From contig OZ024740.1 in the NCBI GenBank assembly GCA_964016885.1, forward strand, positions 318,370,001-318,434,000: 64,000 nt of DNA. The letters are read 5' to 3'. Positions 1 through 12,780 of this stretch are shown in pieces (position 1 is the first letter of the stretch; every line of letters begins with the position of its first letter). Under the pieces are notes generated by a model. The model was not told the origin of the DNA. It did no database searches and saw only the letters and a list, made by a program, of their open reading frames with translations. Origin of the DNA: Eledone cirrhosa (Eukaryota). The position numbers and the translations under genes were made by a program.

Positions 1-1140
1 TTTCTACTACAATACTCACAACAAATAATCCAGGATTGTCTCGTCTATTTCCACAAATTACATTCTATGTGACATTCTAACGACTCTACCAATTCGCTGT
101 TTTTTACTACAATACTAACTTCAAATAATCCAGGATTGTCTCATCTATTTCCACAACTTACATTCTATCTGATATTCGAACGACTCTACCAATTCGAAGT
201 CTTTCTACTACAATACTCACAACAAATAATCCAGGATTGTCTCGTCTATTTCCACAAATTACATTCTATCTGACATTCTAACGACTCTACCAATTCGAAG
301 TGTTTCTACTACAATACTCACAACAAATAATCCAGGATTGTCTCGTCTATTTCCACAACTTACATTCTATCTGACATTCTAATGACTCTACCAATTCGAA
401 GTCTTTCTACTACAATACTCACAACAAATAATTCAGGATTGTCTCGTCTACTTCCACAACTTACATTGTATCTGATATTCTAACGACTCTACCAATTCGA
501 AGTCTTTTAACTACAATACTAACTTTAAACAATCCAGGATTGTCTCCTCTATTTCCACAACTTACATTCTATCTGACATTCTAACGACTCTACCAATTCG
601 AAGTCTTTCTATTACAATACTCACAACAAATAATCCAGGATTGTCTCGTCTATTTCCACAACTTACATTCTATGTGACATTCTAACGACTCTACCAATTC
701 GAAGTTTTTCTACTACAATACTCACAACAAATAATCCAGGATTGTCTCGTCTATTTCCACAACTTACATTCTATGTGACATTCTAACGACTCTACCAATT
801 CGAAGTCTTTCTACTACATTACTCACAACAAATAATCCAGGATTGTCTCGTCTATTCCCACAACTTACATTATATCTGACATTCTAATGACTCTACCAAT
901 TCGAAGTCTTTCTGCTACAATACTCACAACAAATAATCCAGGATTGCCTCGTCTATTTCCACACCTTACATTCTATCTGACATTCTAACGACTCTACCAA
1001 TTAAGTGTATTTCTACTACAATACTAACTTCAAATAATCCAGGATTGTCTCGTCTATTTCCACAACTTACATTCTATCTGATATTCTAACGACTCTACCA
1101 ATTTGAAGTCTTTCTATTACAATACTAACAACAAATAATC
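1..1140. repeat. ~11-monomer block also present at ~13111-14250 and, partially, at ~10590-11590
   Basis: The rare variant TTAAGTGTAT is at 1001 and 14111 (offset 13110). The run CCACAAATTACATTCTATGTG...GCTGTTTTTTACTAC starts blocks at 1, 10590 and 13111. Confidence 0.9.
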
Positions 1141-1642
1141 CAGGATTGTCTCGTCTATTTCCACAACTTACATTCTATCTCAGTTTCTAACGAGTCTACC
1201 AATTCGCTGTATTTATACTACAATACTCACAACAAATAAACCAGGATTGTCTCGTCTATTTCCACAACTTACATTCTATCTGACATTCTAACGACTCTAC
1301 CCATTCGCTGTATTTCTACTACAATACTAACTTTAAACAATCCAGGATTGTCTCCTCTATTTCCACAACTTACATTCTATCTGACATTCTAACGACTCTA
1401 CCAATTCGATTTCTTTCTACTACAATACTCACAACAAATAATCCAGGATTGTCTCGTCTATTTCCACAACTTACATTCTATCTGACATTCTAACGACTCT
1501 ACCAATTCGAAGTCTTTCTATTACAATACTCACAACAAATAATCCAGGATTGTCTCGTCTATTCCCACAACTTACATTCTATGTGACATTCTAACGACTC
1601 TACCAATTCGAAGTTTTTCTACTACAATACTCACAACAAATG

Positions 1643-4600
1643 ATCCAGGATTGTCTCGTCTATTTCCACAACTTACATTCTATCTGACATTCTAACGACT
1701 CTACCAAGTCGAAGTCTTTCTATTACTATACTGACAACAAATAATCCAGGATTGTCTCGTCTATTTCCACAACTTACATTCTATGTGACATTCTAATGAC
1801 TCAACCAATTCGAAGTCTTTCTACTACAATACTCAACAAATAATCCAGGACTGTCTCGTCTATTTCCACAACTTACATTCTATCTGATATTCTAACGACT
1901 CTACCAATTCGAAGTCTTTCTACTACAATACTAACAACAAATAATCTAAGATTGTCTCGTCTATTTCTACAACTTACATTCTATCTGACATTCTAACGAC
2001 TCTACCAATTCGAAGTCTTTCTGCTACAATACTCACAACAAATAATCCAGGATTGCCTCGTCTATTTCCACACCTTACATTCTATCTGACATTCTAACGA
2101 CTCTACCAATTCGCTGTTTTTTACTACAATACTAACTTCAAATAATCCAGGATTGTCTCATCTATTTCCACAACTTACATTCTATCTGATATTCGAACGA
2201 CTCTACCAATTCGAAGTCTTTGTACTACAATACTAACAACAAATAATGCAGGATTGTCTCGTCTATTTCCACAACTTACATTCTATCTGACATTCTAACG
2301 ACTCTACCAATTCGAAGTCTTTCTATTACAATACTCACAACAAATAATCCAGGATTGACTCGTCTATTTCCACAACTTACATTCTACCTGACATTCTAAC
2401 GACTCTACGAATTCGAAGTCTTTCTACTACAATACTCACAACAAATAATCCAGGATTGTCTCGTCTATTTCCACAAATTACATTCTATCTGACATTCTAA
2501 CGACTCTACCAATTCGAAGTGTTTCTACTACAATACTCACAACAAATAATCAAGGATTGTATCGTCTATTTCCACAACGTACATTCTATCTGACATTCTA
2601 ACGATTCTACCAATTCGAAGTATTTCTACTACAATACTCACAACAATTAATCCAGGAATGTCGCATCTATTTCCACACCTTACATTCTATCTGACATTCT
2701 AACGACTCTACCCATTCGCTGTATTTCTACTACAATACTAACTTCAAATAATCCAGGATTGTCTCGTCTACTTCCACAACTTACATTGTATCTGATATTC
2801 TAACGACTTTACCAATTCGAAGTCTTTTAACTACAATACTAACTTTAAACAATCCAGGATTGTCTCCTCTATTTCCACAACTTACATTCTATCTGACATT
2901 CTAACGACTCTACCAATTCGAAGTCTTTCTATTACAATACTCACAACAAATAATCCAGGATTGTCTCGTCTATTTCCACAACTTACATTCTATGTGACAT
3001 TCTAACGACTCTACCAATTCGAAGTTTTTCTACTACAATACTCACAACAAATAATCCAGGATTGTCTCGTCTATTTCCACAACTTACATTCTATGTGACA
3101 TTCTAACGACTCTACCAATTCGAAGTCTTTCTACTACATTACTCACAACAAATAATCCAGGATTGTCTCGTCTATTCCCACAACTTACATTATATCTGAT
3201 ATTCGAACGACTCTACCAATTCGAAGTCTTTGTACTACAATACTAACAACAAATAATGCAGGATTGTCTCGTCTATTTCCACAACTTACATTCTATCTGA
3301 TTTTCTAACGACTCTACCAATTCGAAGTCTTTCTAATACAATACTAACTTCAAATAATCCAGGATTGTCTCGTCTATTTCCACAACCTACATTCTATCTG
3401 ATATTCTAACGACTCTACCAATTTGAAGTCTTTCTACTACAATACTCACAACAAATAATCCAGGATTGTCTCGTCTATTTCCACAACTTACATTCTATCT
3501 GACATTCTAACGACTCTACCAAGTCGAAGTCTTTCTATTACTATACTGACAACAAATAATCCAGGATTGTCTCGTCTATTTCCACAACTTACATTCTATG
3601 TGACATTCTAATGACTCAACCAATTCGAAGTCTTTCTACTACAATACTCAACAAATAATCCAGGACTGTCTCGTCTATTTCCACAACTTACATTCTATCT
3701 GATATTCTAACGACTCTACCAATTCGAAGTCTTTCTACTACAATACTAACAACAAATAATCTAAGATTGTCTCGTCTATTTCTACAACTTACATTCTATC
3801 TGACATTCTAACGACTCTACCAATTCGAAGTCTTTCTGCTACAATACTCACAACAAATAATCCAGGATTGCCTCGTCTATTTCCACACCTTACATTCTAT
3901 CTGACATTCTAACGACTCTACCAATTCGCTGTTTTTTACTACAATACTAACTTCAAATAATCCAGGATTGTCTCATCTATTTCCACAACTTACATTCTAT
4001 CTGATATTCGAACGACTCTACCAATTCGAAGTCTTTGTACTACAATACTAACAACAAATAATGCAGGATTGTCTCGTCTATTTCCACAACTTACATTCTA
4101 TCTGACATTCTAACGACTCTACCAATTCGAAGTCTTTCTATTACAATACTCACAACAAATAATCCAGGATTGACTCGTCTATTTCCACAACTTACATTCT
4201 ACCTGACATTCTAACGACTCTACGAATTCGAAGTCTTTCTACTACAATACTCACAACAAATAATCCAGGATTGTTTCGTCTATTTCCACAAATTACATTC
4301 TATCTGACATTCTAACGACTCTACCAATTCGAAGTGTTTCTACTACAATACTCACAACAAATAATCAAGGATTGTATCGTCTATTTCCACAACGTACATT
4401 CTATCTGACATTCTAACGATTCTACCAATTCGAAGTATTTCTACTACAATACTCACAACAATTAATCCAGGAATGTCGCATCTATTTCCACACCTTACAT
4501 TCTATCTGACATTCTAACGACTCTACCCATTCGCTGTATTTCTACTACAATACTAACTTCAAATAATCCAGGATTGTCTCGTCTACTTCCACAACTTACA

Positions 4601-5315
4601 TTGTATCTGATATTCTAACGACTTTACCAATTCGAAGTCTTTTAACTACAATACTAACTTTAAACAATCCAGGATTGTCTCCTCTATTTCCACAACTTAC
4701 ATTCTATCTGACATTCTAACGACTCTACCAATTCGAAGTCTTTCTATTACAATACTCACAACAAATAATCCAGGATTGTCTCGTCTATTTCCACAACTTA
4801 CATTCTATGTGACATTCTAACGACTCTACCAATTCGAAGTTTTTCTACTACAATACTCACAACAAATAATCCAGGATTGTCTCGTCTATTTCCACAACTT
4901 ACATTCTATGTGACATTCTAACGACTCTACCAATTCGAAGTCTTTCTACTACATTACTCACAACAAATAATCCAGGATTGTCTCGTCTATTCCCACAACT
5001 TACATTATATCTGATATTCGAACGACTCTACCAATTCGAAGTCTTTGTACTACAATACTAACAACAAATAATGCAGGATTGTCTCGTCTATTTCCACAAC
5101 TTACATTCTATCTGATTTTCTAACGACTCTACCAATTCGAAGTCTTTCTAATACAATACTAACTTCAAATAATCCAGGATTGTCTCGTCTATTTCCACAA
5201 CCTACATTCTATCTGATATTCTAACGACTCTACCAATTTGAAGTCTTTCTACTACAATACTCACAACAAATAATCCAGGATTGTCTCGTCTATTTCCACA
5301 ACTTACATTCTATCT
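1643..5315. repeat. Tandem duplication of an 18-monomer unit (1815 bp)
   Basis: Private markers share offset 1815: AAGTCGAAG 1706/3521, CTGACAAC 1731/3546, TCGCATC 2661/4476, AACCTAC 3384/5199. One SNP seen (C2460 vs T4275). Confidence 0.93.
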
Positions 5316-6299
5316 CAGTTTCTAACGAGTCTACCAATTCGCTGTATTTATACTACAATACTCACAACAAATAATCCAGGATTGTCTCCCCCTTTTCCAC
5401 AACTTACATTCTATCTGACATTCAAACGACTCTATCAATTCGAAGTCTTTCTACTACAATACTAACGTCAAATAATCCAGGATTGTCTCGTCCATTTCCA
5501 CAACTTACATTCTATCTGACATTCTAACGACTCTACCAATTCGAAGTCTATCTATTACAGTACTAACAACAAATAATCCATGATTCTATCGTCTATTTCC
5601 ACAACTTACATTCTATCTGATATTCTAACGACTCTACCAATTCGCTGCATTTCTACTACAATACTAACTTCAAATAATCCAGGATTGTCTCATCTATTTC
5701 CACAACTTACATTCTATCTGATATTCGAACGACTCTACCAATTCGAAGTCTTTGTACTACAATACTAACAACAAATAATGCAGGATTGTCTCGTCTATTT
5801 CCACAACTTACATTCTATCTGATTTTCTAACGACTCTACCAATTCGAAGTCTTTCTATTACAATACTCATAACAAATAATCCAGGATTGTCTCGTCTATT
5901 TCCACAACTTACATTCTACCTGACATTCTAACGACTCAACGAATTCGAAGTCTTTCTACTACAATACTCACAACAAATAATGAAGGATTGTATCGTCTAT
6001 TTCCACAACGTACATTCTATCTGACATTCTAACGACTCTACTAATTCGAAGTCTTTCTACTACAATACTCACAACAATTAATCCAGGAATGTCTCGTCTA
6101 TTTCCACACCTTACATTCTATCTGACATTCTAACGACTCTACCCATTCGCTGTATTTCTACTACAATACTAATTTCAAATAATCCAGGATTGTCTCGTCT
6201 ACTTCCACAACTTACATTGTATCTGATATTCTAACGACTCTACCAATTCGAAGTCTTTCTACTACAATACTAACTTTAAACAATCCAGGATTGTCTCCT

Positions 6300-9200
6300 C
6301 TATTTCCACAACTTACATTCTATCTGATATTCTAACGACTCTACCAATTCGAAGTTTTTCTACTACAATACTCACAACAAATAATCCAGGATTGTCTCGT
6401 CTATTTCCACAACTTACATTCTATCTGACATTCTAACGACTCTACCAATTCGAAGTCAATCTATTACAGTACGAACAACAAATAATCCAGGATTCTATCG
6501 TCTATTTCCACACCTTACATTCTATCTGACATTCTAACGACTCTACCAATTCGCTGTATTTCTACTACAATACTAACTTCAAATAATCCAGGATTGTCTC
6601 GTCTATTTCCACAACTTACATTCTATCTGATATTCTAACGACTCTACCAATTTGAAGTCTTTCTACTACAAAACTAACAACAAATAATCCAGGATTTCTC
6701 GTCTATTTCCACAACTTTCATTCTATCTGATATTCGAACGACACTACCAATTCGAAGTCTTTCTACTACAATACTCACAACAAATAATCCAGGATTGTCT
6801 CGTCTATTTCCACAACTTACATTCTATCTCAGTTTCTAACGAGTCTACCAATTCGCTGTATTTATACTACAATACTCACAACAAATAAACCAGGATTGTC
6901 TCGTCTATTTCCACAACTTACATTCTATCTGACATTCTAACGACTCTACCCATTCGCTGTATTTCTACTACAATACTAACTTTAAACAATCCAGGATTGT
7001 CTCCTCTATTTCCACAACTTACATTCTATCTGACATTCTAACGACTCTACCAATTCGATTTCTTTCTACTACAATACTCACAACAAATAATCCAGGATTG
7101 TCTCATCTATTTCCACAACTTACATTCTATCTGACATTCTAACGACTCTACCAATTCGAAGTCTTTCTATTACAAAACTCACAACAAATAATCCAGGATT
7201 GTCTCGTCTATTCCCACAACTTACATTCTATGTGACATTCTAACGACTCTACCAATTCGAAGTTTTTCTACTACAATACTCACAACAAATGATCCAGGAT
7301 TGTCTCGTCTATTTCCACAACTTACATTCTATCTGACATTCTAACGACTCTACCAAGTCGAAGTCTTTCTATTACTATACTCACAACAAATAATCCAGGA
7401 TTGTCTCGTCTATTTCCACAACTTACATTCTATGTGACATTCTAACGACTCAACCAATTCGAAGTCTTTCTACTACAATACTCAACAAATAATCCAGGAC
7501 TGTCTCGTCTATTTCCACAACTTACATTCTATCTGATATTCTAACGACTCTACCAATTCGAAGTCTTTCTACTACAATACTAACAACAAATAATCTAAGA
7601 TTGTCTCGTCTATTTCTACAACTTACATTCTATCTGACATTCTAACGACTCTACCAATTCGAAGTCTTTCTGCTACAATACTCACAACAAATAATCCAGG
7701 ATTGCCTCGTCTATTTCCACACCTTACATTCTATCTGACATTCTAACGACTCTACCAATTCGCTGTTTTTTACTACAATACTAACTTCAAATAATCCAGG
7801 ATTGTCTCATCTATTTCCACAACTTACATTCTATCTGATATTCGAACGACTCTACCAATTTGAAGTCTTTCTATTACAATACTAACAACAAATAATCCAG
7901 GATTTCTTGTCTATTTCCACAACTTACATTCTATCTGATATTCTAACGACTCTACCAATTTGAAGTCTTTCTACTACAATACTCAAAACAAATAATCCAG
8001 GATTATCTCGTCTATTTCCACAACTTACATTCTATCTCAGTTTCTAACGAGTCTACCAATTCGCTGTATTTATACTGCAATACTCACAACAAATAAACCA
8101 CGATTGTCTCGTCTATTTCCACAACTTACATTCTATCTGACATACTAACGACTCTACCAATTCAAAGTCTTTCTAATACAATACTAACTTTAAACAATCC
8201 AGGATTGTCTCCTCTATTTCCACAACTTACATTTTATCTGACATTCTAACGACTCTACCAATTCGATGTCTCTCTACTACAATACTCACAACAAATAATC
8301 CAGGATTGTCTCCCCTTTTTCCACAACTTACATTCTATCTGACATTCAAACGACTCTATCAATTCGAAGTCTTTCTACTACAATACTAACGTCAAATAAT
8401 CCAGGATTGTCTCGTCCATTTCCACAACTTACATTCTATCTGACATTCTAACGACTCTACCAATTCGAAGTCTATCTATTACAGTACTAACAACAAATAA
8501 TCCATGATTCTATCGTCTATTTCCACAACTTACATTCTATCTGATATTCTAACGACTCTACCAATTCGCTGCATTTCTACTACAATACTAACTTCAAATA
8601 ATCCAGGATTGTCTCATCTATTTCCACAACTTACATTCTATCTGATATTCGAACGACTCTACCAATTCGAAGTCTTTGTACTACAATACTAACAACAAAT
8701 AATGCAGGATTGTCTCGTCTATTTCCACAACTTACATTCTATCTGATTTTCTAACGACTCTACCAATTCGAAGTCTTTCTATTACAATACTCACAACAAA
8801 TAATCCAGGATTGTCTCGTCTATTTCCACAACTTACATTCTACCTGACATTCTAACGACTCAACGAATTCGAAGTCTTTCTACTACAATACTCACAACAA
8901 ATAATCCAGGATTGTCTCGTCTATTTCCACAAATTACATTCTATCTGACATTCTAACGACTCTACCAATTCGAAGTTTGTCTACTACAATACTCACAACA
9001 AAAATGAAGGATTGTATCGTCTATTTCCACAACGTACATTCTATCTGACATTCTAACGACTCTACTAATTCGAAGTCTTTCTACTACAATACTAACTTTA
9101 AACAATCCAGGATTATCTCCTCTATTTCCACAACTTACATTCTATCTGACATTCTAACGACTCTACCAATTCGAAGTTTTTCTACTACAATACTCACAAC

Positions 9201-12200
9201 AAATAATCCAGGATTGTCTCGTCTATTTCCACAACTTACATTCTATCTGACATTCTAACGACTCTACCAATTCGAAGTCAATCTATTACAGTACGAACAA
9301 CAAATAATGCAGGATTCTATCGTCTATTTCCACACCTTACATTCTATCTGACATTCTAACGACTCTACCAATTCGCTGTATTTCTACTACAATACTAACT
9401 TCAAATAATCCAGGATTGTCTCGTCTATTTCCACAACTTACATTCTATCTGATATTCTAACGACTCTACCAATTTGAAGTCTTTCTACTACAAAACTAAC
9501 AACAAATAATCCAGGATTTCTCGTCTATTTCCACAACTTTCATTCTATCTGATATTCGATCGACACTACCAATTCGAAGTCTTTCTACTACAATACTCAC
9601 AACAAATAATCCAGGATTGTCTCGTCTATTTCCACAACTTACATTCTATCTCAGTTTCTAACGAGTCTACCAATTCGCTGTATTTATACTACAATACTCA
9701 CAACAAATAAACCAGGATTGTCTCGTCTATTTCCACAACTTACATTCTATCTGACATTCTAACGACTCTACCCATTCGCTGTATTTCTACTACAATACTA
9801 ACTTTAAACAATCCAGGATTGTCTCCTCTATTTCCACAACTTACATTCTATCTGACATTCTAACGACTCTACCAATTCGATTTCTTTCTACTACAATACT
9901 CACAACAAATAATCCAGGATTGTCTCGTCTATTTCCACAACTTACATTCTATCTGACATTCTAACGACTCTACCAATTCGAAGTCTTTCTATTACAATAC
10001 TCACAACAAATAATCCAGGATTGTCTCGTCTATTCCCACAACTTACATTCTATGTGACATTCTAACGACTCTACCAATTCGAAGTTTTTCTACTACAATA
10101 CTCACAACAAATGATCCAGGATTGTCTCGTCTATTTCCACAACTTACATTCTATCTGACATTCTAACGACTCTACCAAGTCGAAGTCTTTCTATTACTAT
10201 ACTCACAACAAATAATCCAGGATTGTCTCGTCTATTTCCACAACTTACATTCTATGTGACATTCTAACGACTCAACCAATTCGAAGTCTTTCTACTACAA
10301 TACTCAACAAATAATCCAGGACTGTCTCGTCTATTTCCACAACTTACATTCTATCTGATATTCTAACGACTCTACCAATTCGAAGTCTTTCTACTACAAT
10401 ACTAACAACAAATAATCTAAGATTGTCTCGTCTATTTCTACAACTTACATTCTATCTGACATTCTAACGACTCTACCAATTCGAAGTCTTTCTGCTACAA
10501 TACTCACAACAAATAATCCAGGATTGCCTCGTCTATTTCCACAACTTACATTCTACCTGACATTCTAACGACTCTACGAATTCGAAGTCTTTCTACTACA
10601 ATACTCACAACAAATAATCCAGGATTGTCTCGTCTATTTCCACAAATTACATTCTATGTGACATTCTAACGACTCTACCAATTCGCTGTTTTTTACTACA
10701 ATACTAACTTCAAATAATCCAGGATTGTCTCATCTATTTCCACAACTTACATTCTATCTGATATTCGAACGACTCTACCAATTCGAAGTCTTTCTACTAC
10801 AATACTCACAACAAATAATCCAGGATTGTCTCGTCTATTTCCACAAATTACATTCTATCTGACATTCTAACGACTCTACCAATTCGAAGTGTTTCTACTA
10901 CAATACTCACAACAAATAATCCAGGATTGTCTCGTCTATTTCCACAACTTACATTCTATCTGACATTCTAATGACTCTACCAATTCGAAGTCTTTCTACT
11001 ACAATACTCACAACAAATAATTCAGGATTGTCTCGTCTACTTCCACAACTTACATTGTATCTGATATTCTAACGACTCTACCAATTCGAAGTCTTTTAAC
11101 TACAATACTAACTTTAAACAATCCAGGATTGTCTCCTCTATTTCCACAACTTACATTCTATCTGACATTCTAACGACTCTACAAATTCGAAGTCTTTCTA
11201 TTACAATACTCACAACAAATAATCCAGGATTGTCTCGTCTATTTCCACAACTTACATTCTATGTGACATTCTAACGACTCTACCAATTCGAAGTTTTTCT
11301 ACTACAATACTCACAACAAATAATCCAGGATTGTCTCGTCTATTTCCACAACTTACATTCTATGTGACATTCTAACGACTCTACCAATTCGAAGTCTTTC
11401 TACTACATTACTCACAACAAATAATCCAGGATTGTCTCGTCTATTCCCACAACTTACATTATATCTGACATTCTAATGACTCTACCAATTCGAAGTCTTT
11501 CTGCTACAATACTCACAACAAATAATCCAGGATTGCCTCGTCTATTTCCACACCTTACATTCTATCTGACATTCTAACGACTCTACCAATTCGAAGTTTG
11601 TCTACTACAATACTCACAACAAATAATGAAGGATTGTATCGTCTATTTCCACAACGTACATTCTATCTGACATTCTAACGACTCTACTAATTCGAAGTCT
11701 TTCTACTACAATACTCACAACAATTAATCCAGGAATGTCTCGTCTATTTCCACACCTTACATTCTATCTGACATTCTAACGACTCTACCCATTCGCTGTA
11801 TTTCTACTACAATACTAACTTCAAATAATCCAGGATTGTCTCGTCTACTTCCACAACTTACATTGTATCTGATTTTCTAACGACTCTACCAATTCGAAGT
11901 CTTTCTACTACAATACTAACTTTAAACAATCCACGATTATCTCCTCTATTTCCACAACTTACATTCTATCTGACATTCTAACGACTCTACCAATTCGAAG
12001 TTTTTCTACTACAATACTCACAACAAATAATCCAGGATTGTCTCGTCTATTTCCACAACTTACATTCTATCTGACATTCTAACGACTCTACCAATTCGAA
12101 GTCAATCTATTACAGTACGAACAACAAATAATGCAGGATTCTATCGTCTATTTCCACACCTTACATTCTATCTGACATTCTAACGACTCTACCAATTCGC

Positions 12201-12780
12201 TGTATTTCTACTACAATACTAACTTCAAATAATCCAGGATTGTCTCGTCTATTTCCACAACTTACATTCTATCTGATATTCTAACGACTCTACCAATTTG
12301 AAGTCTTTCTACTACAAAACTAACAACAAATAATCCAGGATTTCTCGTCTATTTCCACAACTTTCATTCTATCTGATATTCGATCGACACTACCAATTCG
12401 AAGTCTTTCTACTACAATACTCACAACAAATAATCCAGGATTGTCTCGTCTATTTCCACAACTTACATTCTATCTCAGTTTCTAACGAGTCTACCAATTC
12501 GCTGTATTTATACTACAATACTCACAACAAATAAACCAGGATTGTCTCGTCTATTTCTACAACTTACATTCTATCTGACATTCTAACGACTCTACCCATT
12601 CGCTGTATTTCTACTACAATACTAACTTTAAACAATCCAGGATTGTCTCCTCTATTTCCACAACTTACATTCTATCTGACATTCTAACGACTCTACCAAT
12701 TCGATTTCTTTCTACTACAATACTCACAACAAATAATCCAGGATTGTCTCGTCTATTTCCACAACTTACATTCTATGTGA
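6300..12780. repeat. Partial ~28-monomer periodicity (offsets 2822 and 2824 bp)
   Basis: CGAAGTCAATCTATTACAGTACGAAC occurs at 6451, 9273 and 12097. CGATCGACAC occurs at 9557 and 12381. The intervening segments differ in part. Confidence 0.8.

Noticed and set aside
30-34. CCWGG (Dcm), TTCGAA and GAATTC sites as a bacterial regulatory or restriction system
   Set aside because: These are chance words inside the monomer and nothing else suggests a prokaryotic context. They are useful only as digestion markers.
38-60. CENP-B box on the minus strand (TTGTGGAAATAGACGAGA)
   Set aside because: It does not match the required TTCG....A..CGGG core.
1-101. Tandem 5S rRNA, tRNA, snRNA or spliced-leader gene array
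   Set aside because: No recognisable similarity, no Pol III A/B/C boxes and no cloverleaf. The very low G content on one strand precludes extensive pairing.
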